Counted from the first letter of the stretch, positions 39,584-54,056 are shown. The stretch is DNA of 64,000 nt from Balamuthia mandrillaris (GCA_031835245.2 JAVKOQ020000001.1:372001-436000); one strand, 5' to 3'. Made by a program: numbers and translations. Notes: a model not told the origin generated them from the letters alone.

Positions 39584-40662
39584 TCAAGCACGTTGCGACC
39601 CTCCAAAGTTGATCCAAGCCAACAGCTGCTTCGACGTCAACGACAACAACATAAAGGTCAGCTCTCCTCCCACATAGTCCCTCCATATCCACACCTCCAA
39701 CCACTGCAGCCACAACGCCACCGCGAACAATGCATCCGTGAAGAAGAGGATGAAGATGATGGCCCACACAAAGCCGGGCACCTCCTCAGCGTTGCTCACC
39801 GCTTGGAAGAAGTAACATACGATGACGAGCCAGGCAAACGTGTGAGGCACACAGCCCGCCACAAAGGCAAACCAGGTGCGAGGCACTTGCTTGCTGTCCT
39901 TGCCAAAGCGAGAGGCATTGAGGATCTCGTGGAGGGCTCCATAGAACATGGTGGCAGCGGTTAGGCCGAAGATGGCAAAGAGGAGGTGAACGTCGGTGAC
40001 GCCAGAGACCTGGGCTATCATGACGTGCATGAGGCTGGCGCTGAGGGAGTACTCCAGCCAGCGAAAGTGGTTCTGGTTGCGGCTGACCCAGTAGCGGTAG
40101 ACCTGCCAGGGACCGCAGGGAAGGGAGACAAGGAGGTGATCTAGGAAGGAGAGGAAGAGGAAGATGCCGCTATAATATCCAACTGGGATGTTGCCCACCC
40201 GGTGTGGGTCAGGCACCGAGAACTGTTCTCTGTTTTCTTCTGGGTATGTCGAAGAGAAATACAGTAAGAAAGAAGACGATGCCACCAAAGTAGAGGGGTG
40301 GAGACAGAAAATAAACTAAGCTAACCTGGGTCTAGGTTGAAAGGAAAGAAAGTGTACCAAGGCCACCGTGCATCTGAGTCAGTGATACCTGTTACAAGGG
40401 AGAGAGGCACTTAGCAAAAACAAGTGTTCACAAGAACAAACAGCAATAGTGTACCGAAGATGATAACTGCCGTGACCAGCTGGACCAAGCCTATCACCAG
40501 GTTTGCAACCCGCAGCTTCCAGTTGGGCGCGTAACGTTGTCCAAACTCAGCCTCACCCTCTCGCCCAAAGGAGTTGATCACCACCACGTTGGCCACACGC
40601 TTGACCCAAGCAGGCTCCTCCTCCCTGGCTTCCTCTGTAAACCAATCCCTCAGTTTTCCCAT
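39584..40662 (-). CDS. Heliorhodopsin, three exons (40662-40455, 40388-40326, 40239-39584; 308 aa)
   Basis: LFLSFLDH (TM2), NQNHFRWLEYSLSASLM (TM3), AQVSGVTD, VPGFVWAII (TM6), DYVGGELTFMLLSLTSKQLLAW (TM7 retinal Lys); two in-phase GT-AG introns. Confidence 0.95.
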
Positions 40663-40899
40663 TCGTGCGTAGCGCTTGCTGCTGCAGTGCTATATAAACT
40701 TTGTCAGCTTCCACTCTTTTTTTTTTGTTTGCTTTTTGTGTTTCGAAGGTGATGATGCATGAGCGTGTCTTGGGTTGCTTTATGCTGATGCAATGATGAT
40801 CAGGCCAAGCCCTTTCCCATTCGCCATCCCTTATTTTGGTAAAAGGTGACGTTTCGCTTTTCTGTTCAATTTTCCGAACACGAATTTAAAGTTCTGTTA

Positions 40900-41050
40900 G
40901 GTGGCCCAGGTCTTTGGAATCTCGAAAAAGATGCTGAGTTCCGTTCCGCGTTTGAGGTATTGGATGCAGAGATGCGTTGGCTTCAGCAGAACGGTTATGC
41001 TGGAAAAAAGCAGTCAGAGCCCTTCACTGCAGAACAGTGCAAACAAATCA
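40900..41050 (+). mobile_element. Possible relic of a Crypton-type (DUF3504-associated) tyrosine-recombinase transposon
   Basis: NLEKDAEFRSAFEVLDAEMRWLQQNGYAGKKQSEPFTAEQCKQI resembles the D.eF....vLda.mk.L...G...k.aep.t.e segment of Crypton/ZMYM-like proteins; no catalytic region seen. Confidence 0.45.
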
Positions 41051-41759
41051 TAATCTTTCTAATTGCACTATTATTTTTAAACACCACGAATAAACTTGTT
41101 CGTTCCCTCCTCCTTGAAGGAAAAAAAAATTTAATGGCTTCTTTGGAAATAACGCACAGTGGAATTTCTGAAAGGCTTCGTTGGGAACAACTCACAGTGG
41201 TATTTCTGTGAAATACTGTAGAAAATCAGGTCGACCCGACTGTTTTCGGCCTGGAGTGGTTTACTCTTTTGCGGAGCAATGAATTTTTGTCGACGTGAAA
41301 GATCTCTGCTAGAGATGAGACAAAGACAAAGACAACAGAAATGGCCTTTTTATGGTAAGATAAAGCCTCTGTTTTGATTTTTGATTGGTGGTTTGAAACT
41401 TTCAGTAACCGCTCAAAGCATTGAGCCGCTTTAGTTTTACTCCTTGCAAACATACCTGTCCGCCCAGAGGCCTTTGGCTTTGGATTTAGGACCTCTTTGA
41501 GGACTCCTTATCAGCCGTCATATGGCGGTAAGGAGAGGGTCAACGCAAGGTCGCCTGTTGATCTGTTAATCATCCTTTTTAGTTTCTTGGATGCTATTTT
41601 AGGAAACTATTTATCATTATTTTGTCCATTTAAAGTAAGTATGTGATGATTAGATCTGTAGTGCGATTGGCTTTCCGCTATGCGAGTAAAGCAAGCTTTC
41701 CACCTTTTCTTCCTGGTTTACCCTCCATCTTCGCACATAACACACAAAGGACGAGAGGC

Positions 41760-43667
41760 ATGGCACAGAGCGGGAAGAGGATCGCAGTGATAGGCGGGGG
41801 CTGGTGCGGGCTCTACGCCCTCAAGAGCTTCCTGGAGGTCGGCCTGGATGCCGTCTGCTACGAGCAACGCGATGCCATCGGCGGGGTCTGGGTCTACCGC
41901 GAGGACAAGCCCGGCGGCGTGTTCCTCAACACCAGGACCACCGCCTCCAAGTGCTACCTCCACGCCTCCGACTTTCGCTTCCCTGAGGAGGTGGGCCACT
42001 TCCCGGTGCATACCGAAGTGCTGCAGTACCTCAACGACTATGCCGACCACTTTAAACTGAGGCCGCACCTAAAGTTCAGGCACATGACCCAACGCGTGGA
42101 GAAGACCGTGGACGGTCTGTGGCGCGTGCGCCTGCTCGTCGGTGAGGAAGGTCTTGACCTTGAAGACCCTGGTTTGTGTTCTTTTAGGCCTCTTTTTTCC
42201 CCCTGTTCTCTCTTATACGTTGCTCTTCTTTGTTTTGCATTTTTGTCAACAAAAACAGAGGACCAGAAGCAAGCCAAAGTGATCGAAGAGTACTTTGACC
42301 TAGTGGCTGTCTGCTCTGGCCAACACCAAGTGCCCTTCTCCCCCGTCCTTGCCGGAGATCCCGTCTACAAGTCCTTCACCGGGGAGGTCATGCACAGCCA
42401 CGACTACAAGTACCCCACTCCCGACATGCGGGATAAGCACGTTTTGGTTGTAGGAGGAGGGGAAAGCGCCAGCGATGTGGCTGCGGAGGTGTGTGAGGCC
42501 GCCAAGAAGACTTTCCACAGCATCCGACAGGGGGTCTGGTTCCAGGACAGGACGGTGGGCGCCCACCAGCCCGCTGACATGGTCTTCACCAAGCACCAAC
42601 GCCTGTTGGGCTTCTCGGACTATCAGAGCTGGTTGGTGTGGATCGGAAGGCACACCATGATCGAGCTCATGTGGGGCAGAGGAGGCAGCGGCGTCAAGGA
42701 CTGGCAGCCCCACTGCCGCTACTTCCATGGCTTCCTCAACAAGAGCAGGGATGTGGTGGACAAGGTGGCCTTGGGCAAGGTGCAGCCTAGATCAGGCATC
42801 GTGCGCATTGAAGGCCGCAAGGTGTGGTTCCGTATGCGTGAGGACCAACCGGACCACATCGACCTCATCATCTTTGCCACGGGCTATCGACCCAACAATG
42901 ACTTTCTTCCTTCCCCCGAGGAAGACGAAGAAGAGGAAATGGCTGGAAAAGGCAAGGAGAAAGGAAAGGAGAGAGAAAGAGGAAAGCAATACTGCCGTGC
43001 ATCAAGGGATGCCTACAAGTTGGTATTTGACCCTCGTGACCCAACTCTCTGCTTCATCGGCGGCGCTCGTCCCATGATCGGTTCCATTCCTGCTTTGGCC
43101 GAGCTGCAAGCTCGTTGGGCCGCCGCTGTCTACTCTGGCAAGGCCACCCTCCCTCCGACAGAGAAGATGGTAGAGATTGTGGAGAAGGACAAGATATGGC
43201 ATTCCAAGGTGTTCCCTCAGGACCACAGCTCCTTGCCCGAGCTGGTCAACCACTGGGCCTACTCCGATGAGATTGCATCTTATTACGGGGCTAAGCCCAA
43301 GTTGCTCAAGTGGTTCTTCAAGAATCCTTACAAGTTACATTCCTCTTTCTTTCTTCGTCTTTTCTCTATTTATTTGCTTTCCTTGTTTGTCCACTTTCTG
43401 CCTTCCGCATTACTCAACGCTCTTTTCTTTGTTAAACAAAATTTTGAAACAAGGTGGTGGAACATCATCTCCGCACCATGGAGCGCCCACATCTATCGTG
43501 TGGAGGAGCCTGAGATGGAGGCCAAGGCGTTGGAGTTCATCAGCAGGACATGGTTGCCCAACCATTTCCCCTTCAACCTCTTCAACTACACGATGCTCCT
43601 TGTGGATATTTGCATCTTCATCGTTCTGTTCGGGCTCTTCATCATCACCCTGAAACTGATCTTGTAA
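41760..43667 (+). CDS. Flavin-containing monooxygenase (class B FMO) with C-terminal TM helix, three exons
   Basis: IGGGWCG (FAD), GGVW, FTGEVMHSHDYK fingerprint, VGGGESASD (NADPH), FATGY, AELQARW; two pyrimidine-rich in-frame introns. Confidence 0.95.
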   Translation: MAQSGKRIAVIGGGWCGLYALKSFLEVGLDAVCYEQRDAIGGVWVYREDKPGGVFLNTRTTASKCYLHASDFRFPEEVGHFPVHTEVLQYLNDYADHFKLRPHLKFRHMTQRVEKTVDGLWRVRLLVGEEGLDLEDPGLCSFRPLFSPCSLLYVALLCFAFLSTKTEDQKQAKVIEEYFDLVAVCSGQHQVPFSPVLAGDPVYKSFTGEVMHSHDYKYPTPDMRDKHVLVVGGGESASDVAAEVCEAAKKTFHSIRQGVWFQDRTVGAHQPADMVFTKHQRLLGFSDYQSWLVWIGRHTMIELMWGRGGSGVKDWQPHCRYFHGFLNKSRDVVDKVALGKVQPRSGIVRIEGRKVWFRMREDQPDHIDLIIFATGYRPNNDFLPSPEEDEEEEMAGKGKEKGKERERGKQYCRASRDAYKLVFDPRDPTLCFIGGARPMIGSIPALAELQARWAAAVYSGKATLPPTEKMVEIVEKDKIWHSKVFPQDHSSLPELVNHWAYSDEIASYYGAKPKLLKWFFKNPYKLHSSFFLRLFSIYLLSLFVHFLPSALLNALFFVKQNFETRWWNIISAPWSAHIYRVEEPEMEAKALEFISRTWLPNHFPFNLFNYTMLLVDICIFIVLFGLFIITLKLIL

Positions 43668-43889
43668 AAGAGGAAGCCGTGCAAGAACAGATATCTGAAG
43701 AAAGAATAAAGAACTATTTAATACAGATACTCAAAAGAAAAGTAGAACATTAGAAGGATGGATGAATGATCCAAAGAAGAAGAACAAGAGTGGACTCTTG
43801 CAAGAGTTTCTGTCCCTATATTGATCGTGTCGTCACAATATAACATTTTCACACAAAAAAAAAAAGCATTTGAACACAAAAAAGATCAA

Positions 43890-46182
43890 ATGGAAGAGAA
43901 AGCGCGCAAGAAGAAGGCGGCGTTGCTTTGTTGGGACGACTTGGGGCCAGACCCGCAGCTTCTTGTGCTGTCTTACCTGGACGGCGCCTCTCTGGGCCGT
44001 TGCCTTCTGGTCTCTCGGGGCTTTCGGCAGCTGGCCGGTCACCCGCACCTTTGGCGAAAGCTCTGCGAAGAGGAGCTTGGCCTGCCAACCCAAGTCCTTT
44101 CTTCTCATGCTTTGCTTCGTTGGGTACCTTTTTTTCAATATTCTATGTTGAGCTCTTCATAATATGGATTTGTCTTTGTCAAACTCGTCCTCTTGTTATT
44201 TTTATATTTTGTGTTTGTTCTGCGTCTGCTTCTTCCTCTTCTCCTTCTCCTTCTCCTTCTCCTTCTCCTTCTCCTTCTCCTTCTCTCCTTCTCCTTCTCC
44301 TTCTCCTTCTCCTTCTCCTTCTCCTTCTCCTTCTCCTTCTCCTTCTCCTTCTCCTTCTCCTTCTGTTTTATTGAATGTTTTTGTTGTCTTTTTTTTAAAA
44401 TATGTGTTTTGTTTGAAGAGGAACCAACAAAATACAGAGGAAGAAGAAGGAAACGAAGAGGAGGAGAATGAACATCGTTTCCAACAGCCAGAAGAAAACG
44501 CAGTTGCAGACTTTTACGTTCGTTACAAACGATACCACATGTTTGCTGCGACGCTCTCTCAACGACTGAGCGCCTTCACGCCACCTGAGAAGGCCATCCC
44601 TTGCTCTGCCCTCGGCATGAGCAGCGCTGGCATCGGTCCTTTCTATTCCAACGTGGCGCAACGCCAAACCTCTTTGCTTGCTTCCTATCACGCCTCTTCT
44701 TCTCCTTGCTCCTCCTCACAACAAAAAGAAACATCGAACACCAGCAACAAGAAGAAAGAAGAAAAAAAGAACAAAAAGACCAACAAAAAGCTGATGAAAG
44801 AGATCCATTCTTTCAGCAAGCAAGTCTCTATAATGCAAACAAAAGAGCAGGACAGACCGGCTCACCGCAATCACGCTGTTCGGCTGGTGGCCTCTCATGA
44901 CCTTCTCTTCAGCGCCAGTTGGGACGGTCGCGTAATGGCATGGCGTTGCTCCGACTTGGCTCACCTTCGAACATATTATCACGGCGAGGAGGAGGTTCGA
45001 CACATTCACTTGTTCAAAAGCTGGTTGTTTGTAGGAGGACAGGATGGCCGAGTGTTGTGCTGGGATGTATCCGATCTTCGTTCGGATGGTGGTGATGTTG
45101 ATGGATCAACTCCTTCAGGTGCGAAGGAAGAAAAGGAGGAGGAAAACGAAAGTACGGCAATACTCTCCATTCATGCTCACGATAGGGTGGCGTTTGGGGT
45201 GCAAGCCTCAAAGAGTGGAAGATTCTTGTTCACGTGTGGCAGAACAAAGGATCAGCAAGGCGCCTACGTGAAGGTTTGGCGACTATCAAAGGCCAAAGAC
45301 GACCAAACGGAGGAGAAGGAAAAGCAAGGAAAGAAGAAGCAAAAGAAAACGAAGAAGAGGAAACTTTCAGCAAAGCTGGTACAGACGTTGGAACCCACAC
45401 AACCTGGACAGATCATGCACATGACGATGGATAAGACGGGCTCTTACCTCTTTGCTTGTGGCTATGGCAAAGGCGTACAAGTATGGACTGTGGACGAGAC
45501 TTCTGGTTATCTCTATGCTTGTTTCTTTTCACTTGATTTCTCTCTTCTCTCCCTGGCTCTCTCCTTTCTTTCTTTCATCCTGCAATCAGCGACTAACTTG
45601 GCTCCATTCTGAAGATAAGGACGTGTTACAATTTAAGATGAACCTGGAGTCAACAGAGAACTTCTTGATGTACCTCGCTGTCAGCAACGACAATCGTCTG
45701 CTGTACGGATGTGAAGGAAGTGGATTTTTGCTGGTGTGGGATCTTTCAAAGTTTCAGCTTGTAAGCACCACCAAAGTGACTCGCTATGGAGAGCAGCTTG
45801 AATGTATCTGTCCTGTTGGAGATTTGCTGTTCATTGGCACCAGCGCCTATTCCTTCTCCATTTGGTTTGCTATCTTCTCTTCGTGGTTCTCCTTTCTTCA
45901 TCGTTCTCTTCTCTTCTCACATTTTGCGCTTTAAACAGGGATAAGAACTTGCATTATTTGGTAAAGATTGCTAATGAGATAAGGGATAGTCGGTACTGGG
46001 CCAACGCCATCGCTTTCGTGAAAGGAAGAGTATGCGTTGCCTCTGGAACAGGCCACATCAACGTCTACTTCTTTGCCCACATCGAACTGGAGCATGCGCT
46101 CTTGTTGATGTCTCCCAAGAAAACTGCTCCTATTATCGCTTTTAAGTCGCCACGACCAAACGCTTTTGATGAGGTGGTTTAA
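43890..46182 (+). CDS. F-box/WD40-repeat protein, multi-exon
   Basis: WDDLGPDPQLLVLSYLD...LVSRGFR...LWR F-box; LFSASWDGRVMAW, LFVGGQDGRVLCWD, LLVWD repeats. Confidence 0.88.
44239..44363 (+). repeat. (CTTCTC)n hexamer microsatellite, intronic
   Basis: Visible array in first intron of the F-box/WD40 gene. Confidence 0.95.
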
Positions 46183-46506
46183 CCCTCTGCTAGTTATTAC
46201 TTAGTTTCTCTCTTTTGTTGTTCTATCCTTTCTCTCCCTCCCTCTTTCCCCCTCCCTCCCTCCCTCTCTCTCTCTTCCTTCCTTCTATCACCACTACATC
46301 CTTTGGATCTCTAGAACGAAGCATTCCTCCACGTTCGTTCTGCGCTGGTCTCTCGGTCAGCAACGAAACGTAGAAAAAAAAAAAAAAAACAACCTCGGAA
46401 GAGTTATAACGCAAGTAGAAGCCAACTTTGTTTTCTTGTTCTTTTTTTAAAAAAATGTTACACTGATCCCTCTCTTTCTGTCCTTAGCTGAGACCTTTGT
46501 GTCTGA

Positions 46507-46910
46507 TTACTCTTTGATTGCTTGACCACTCTTCGCACACCTTTTCTTTGCAGCTTTTCTGTGGATAGGATCGTCCCAAGGGCATCCACACCCATTTGCT
46601 CTGGTCCACTGCAACATCTCCCAACGCCTGTACATCGCTGCTAATATACAAACTCGCTTGTTCCAAGGGCATCCGTTCGCTCTGGCCCACTGCAACACCT
46701 CCAAATGTCCATTCTGGTGCGCAGCTGCAGCGCAAAAGTTTGCGTTCCAAGGATATCCTATCGCTCTGGCCCACTTCAGCACCGCCAAATGGCCATTTCG
46801 TGCAGCTGCAGTGAAAGTCTTGGCGTTCCAAGAAAATCCTGTTGCTCTGGCCCACTTCAACATGTCCAGGTTTCCTCTTGCAGCGGTTGCTGTGCATATT
46901 TTACTAGAGC
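46507..46910 (-). pseudogene. Truncated ankyrin-repeat gene fragment (AAxNGHLEVLQWARANGCPW type)
   Basis: Four tandem repeats such as AARNGHLAVLKWARAIGYPW; no F-box and no convincing start; last repeat degenerate. Confidence 0.6.
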
Positions 46911-47195
46911 TCCGATGGAGACCTGATAGGTGGCTGTGAAGGGTTGCCGCTTTCTTCCTGCACAACCTTCTCCTTCGTAGTTGCAGCGGAGAAGTGGAGG
47001 TCTTGCATTGCTTACGCTTTTTGCTGATGGTCTTTAAAGACCTTCCCAATAAAATCACACCCACACAAAAAAAAAAACGAACGCAACACAAAAACAAGAG
47101 TTTGTCGCTTTCGGGCGTTTAATTTCGTTGCTTCGAGCGAGACAAAACAATTTAAATTTTTGAACAGAGGCTAACAAAAAAAGAGAGAGAGGGTT

Positions 47196-49243
<2,048 letters not shown>

Positions 49244-49720
49244 CTTTTCTTAAAACCCTGTGAGAGAGAGAGCAACAAAGTCAAAACAGAGCGCTAGAAA
49301 AACACATCAAACACGAGCGTACCTTTTTGGCCTTCTCTTTTTTTTTCTTCTTTTTGCAGAATTTTGTTTTGGCTTGAGGAGCATTTTCATTTGACGCCAC
49401 GTCCTCCTCGTCCTAAAAAGTCAAAGGCTGAGGTGTCATACAATTAATCTAGATCATTTCACTTCGTACAACCAATCAAATTTCAAAATCGCGCATACCA
49501 TAAAAAGACCAAAATCCCCCCGCCGGGATATTTTAATTCATCATTAATACAAACCCTCGACTAGGAGTGACTATGGGGGAAATCACGGCGAAAAACGGCC
49601 AAAGCAACAAACAACAAAAAGAAGAATAACAACTGTCTGAAAAGAAAAGAAGAGATAAGGGGGGATCGGCCGGGGAACTAGAAGAACACCACAGCAAAGG
49701 GACACAACTTCGATAATACA

Positions 49721-50145
49721 ATGAGGTTCAGCTGCGTTGCCGTTCTGTGCATCCTGGTAGCCACCTTGGCTGCCCTCAGGTAATTCTCCTTGCTCTCCCT
49801 CTCTTCCCGAACCTTTTGTTGTGTCTTTGTTCTCTCTCCGTTTTCGTTTTTTTGTGAAGAGTGAGGAATCTCAAACGTTGCTGTACCCCTTGCTCTCACG
49901 ATAGCGTTCGAGCGGAGGAGTGCTGCGAGACGAACGGGGAATGCTTTTCGGAGACCTGCTTTCAGGAATGTGAACCGGAGGTGGACGGTTTGGAGGTCAC
50001 CTGCGACTGCAAGATGCCCAGCTGTGGCATCGTCGTTATAGTATCGCTCGTGGTGACGGTGGTGTCTCTCCTCCTTGGTCTTGTTTTGGGCCTCTGGGCC
50101 TGGTTTGAACAGCAAAAACAAGTTCGGAAAGTTAACTTTGGGTGA
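49721..50145 (+). CDS. Small Cys-rich type I membrane protein, two exons
   Basis: Signal peptide MRFSCVAVLCILVATLAAL, intron 49780-49859, Cys-rich ectodomain, single TM, short tail. Confidence 0.6.
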
Positions 50146-50285
50146 ATGAATGCTTTCACAATAAATTTTTGGGTACAGTATGATTCCTCTCCCGTTCAAA
50201 CCCTCCTTTCTGGCAGGGATCGGTTTGTCGTTGCCTGGCTCAAACTGGTTTGCTTCCTCCTCTATGCTCTCTCCTTCCGTTTTTT

Positions 50286-50338
<53 letters not shown>

Positions 50339-50849
50339 TCATGACTTCAACTTTTCAGGCCTTAGTTCTTGTTCTTTCTTCTTCTTGTTCTTTCTTCTTC
50401 TTGTTCTTCTTCTTCTTCTTCTTCTTGCTGTTGCTGTTGCTGTTGTTGTTGTTCTGTCTTCCCAATCTCCTATTTGTGGGGAATTCTCTCATTGATGATA
50501 ACGACGAAAAAGACGGAAATGAACTTGACAGAGCTTGCGGAATAACAAGTCGACAGTTTCGCAGGAGTGAGAAGAACAAAAGGACGGACGGAAGGAAGGA
50601 GGGAAGGGAAAGGGGAAGGGAAGGAACGAAGGAAGGAAAAAGACAAGAAAGACGAAGAATAACCATAACCAGAACAAAAAAGTGAAGGAGAATTTGTGCT
50701 CCATTTGGTTGCGACATCATCTCATTAGTAAGGAATGAAAAGAGGAGCAAATCCACAAAACAAAAGAAAAAGAAAACAGAAAACAGAAAAAGAAAGAATG
50801 AAAAAAAGAAGAGTTTTGAAAAATAAAACAAAAACATGGAAAAGCAGCA

Positions 50850-51941
<1,092 letters not shown>

Positions 51942-52124
51942 TCTTTGTCGTTCTTTGGAGGAGAAGCGATTTTCTTTTCTTTTGTTCGGATTTTCTGTTT
52001 TCTTTTTTGTGGTTGGCCTCCCCTATTTCGTGTCGTCACGAAAATTTTAAGGAGGTCCTTGAAATACTTTGCATTCTCGAAATAACAGAAAAAAATGCAA
52101 CGAAACAACAAAAAAAATTAAGGA

Positions 52125-52593
52125 ATGGCCGGTGCTACTCCGCCTCCGCCGCCAGTGGTAGCGGTGCAGCGGCCCTCGTTTTACGGGAGCCTTGCTCAAG
52201 TCTTTGAGCATCGTGCCACCCCCCTATTTAGTTGGAGGGTAACCCTAGCCACAACCGCCTTCCTCACCTCGCTTGTATGGCGCAGCGCCATCTTAGAATT
52301 TGGACTGGGCGGAAATGGAGGTGGGCATGGGCTCCTTGAAGAAGGAAATGGAGATGGGACATGCTTTAATGCGTAAAGAGATCAAAGAACTGAAGATCGG
52401 GCAAGCTGCTATTCGAAAGGAGCTGGAAACTGGGCTCTCTTTACTTCGACGCGATATGGAGAGCAACCAGCAAATACTCCAGCGATTGTCGGAGGGAATT
52501 GAAACAAGAGTTAGGTACATGGAGAAGGCGGACGACGCTCGCACCAAATTGGTGCGACACCTCGTGGCGCAGGCACAACCAAAAGGCAAATGA
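52125..52593 (+). CDS. Hypothetical coiled-coil protein (structure uncertain)
   Basis: ORFs 52125-52376 and 52300-52593 joinable by a possible intron at about 52239-52296; heptad-like KKEM/RKEI/RKEL/RRDM repeats. Confidence 0.35.
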
Positions 52594-52891
52594 CCAGATG
52601 ACTGTGCCCTTCTTGAAGACCTTGCATTGTAAATAAATAAAAAGAAATTCTAAAGTTCGCTCTTGGGACAACAAAGAGAGTAGAGTGAAGAGAGAGAGCA
52701 CGAGAAAAGACAAATGAAACGACCCCCTCTTTTGGCACATACTCCAAGCCAGCACCATACGCCCTTAGCATTAAGGACTCCTCTCTACAGTATTGTTTTT
52801 TTTTTGGGTTTTGAGGTGGTGGATTTTATTTTCTTGGTGACGCTTCAGCAGAGAAGAAGATAGGGGGAGAAGAGAACCGAAAAGAGCTGCT

Positions 52892-53600
52892 ATGGATGCC
52901 ACAAGACAAAACCAGTTTAGTGGTATAATGGAGAACGTTCGAGCAGCACGGTTACAAGAGCCGACCCGGGCCTGTATGCTGTGTGAGCAGGAGATCCCCT
53001 TTCGTGACCAAGTGATGCACTCGGTCATTTGTGGAGTAACTTATGCCCCTAACTGCTGGCCTCGACCGTGCTGTTTATGGGATTCATGTTTCAGGTTACA
53101 TGAAGGCCATGATCGAAAAAGCCATAGAAGACTGCAACCACACCTCTCTGTGCGTCCCGTGCGCTCGGGCTAAAAAACCAGATGGCTCTTCCGTGCTCAT
53201 CTCCATTGGCTCTATCCAGTTCACCCTGTGCAAGCTCAGTCATTTCAAGGACAAAGACCATGGTCTCAAACGCTTAGAGAAGGTCCTTCATTTTGCAGCA
53301 ACGAAAGAGAAGGTGACGGACAACGCATCTTTGAGTAGCGAGGTGGAATGCAGTCATGAACTTTGTGAGAAGACTGTTGGTTTCTCTCTTGCGGTGAAAA
53401 ATGGAACCAACGGGGCTCCTCTGTTCTTTTGTACCGCCTTGAGCGATGCAAAACGTTTCGAAAGAGAACACGAGAGGAACAGGAAGAAGAGGCAGGCGAG
53501 GACCGAAATGAGGCCAATCAGCACCAACTTTAGCAGGTACACCAGCAACCCCAACAGAACATGGGAGAGGAAGAGGAAGAGGAACACATGGTGGAGGTAG
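52892..53600 (+). CDS. Hypothetical Cys/His-rich, possibly zinc-binding, protein
   Basis: CMLC-x12-H-x3-C in first exon, further Cys pairs in ORF 53043-53600; putative intron about 53030-53095. Confidence 0.35.
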
Positions 53601-54056
53601 AAGAAATGGTGAAATGGAGCGAAAGGAACAAATAATATTGAAGAGGGAGAGTAGGAACTATTGCAAATAATAGAGGAAGAGGAGGAAGAAGCGGAACAGC
53701 AGAACCGAAATGATGGAAGAAGAATAACATGTGGGAATAAACCACTTTCATTTCATGGACATGACAGCACAGCGACTGATAGTTCTCCTCCACACCCAAC
53801 AAAAGACATTCACTCAGCCTAACACACCAACTCAAGTGCTTTCTCATCTACTGCCGGCTATAGTTGTTGTTACACAACTCGCATTCTTCTTTGGAGTCAC
53901 AACCTTTACTTCACTCCTCTTCGGGAATAAAAAAAAAGAGAAAATAAGAAGAGGAAGATCTTTTTGGTTCAATTCATACAATTTCACACACCATTGCTAT
54001 CAGCGTTCGCTCCACGTTTGTTTTTTTTTCTTTCTTAACGTCGGTTGGTCCGTTGG

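Noticed and set aside
33558..43667. Functional cluster of flippase, heliorhodopsin and FMO
   Set aside because: Adjacency in a gene-dense eukaryotic genome with mixed orientations is not evidence of functional linkage
43928..44471. Poly-SP, poly-L and poly-SF ORFs
   Set aside because: Translations of the intronic (CTTCTC)n array
50146..50840. Hydrophobic and basic ORFs
   Set aside because: Microsatellite-rich convergent 3' intergenic region
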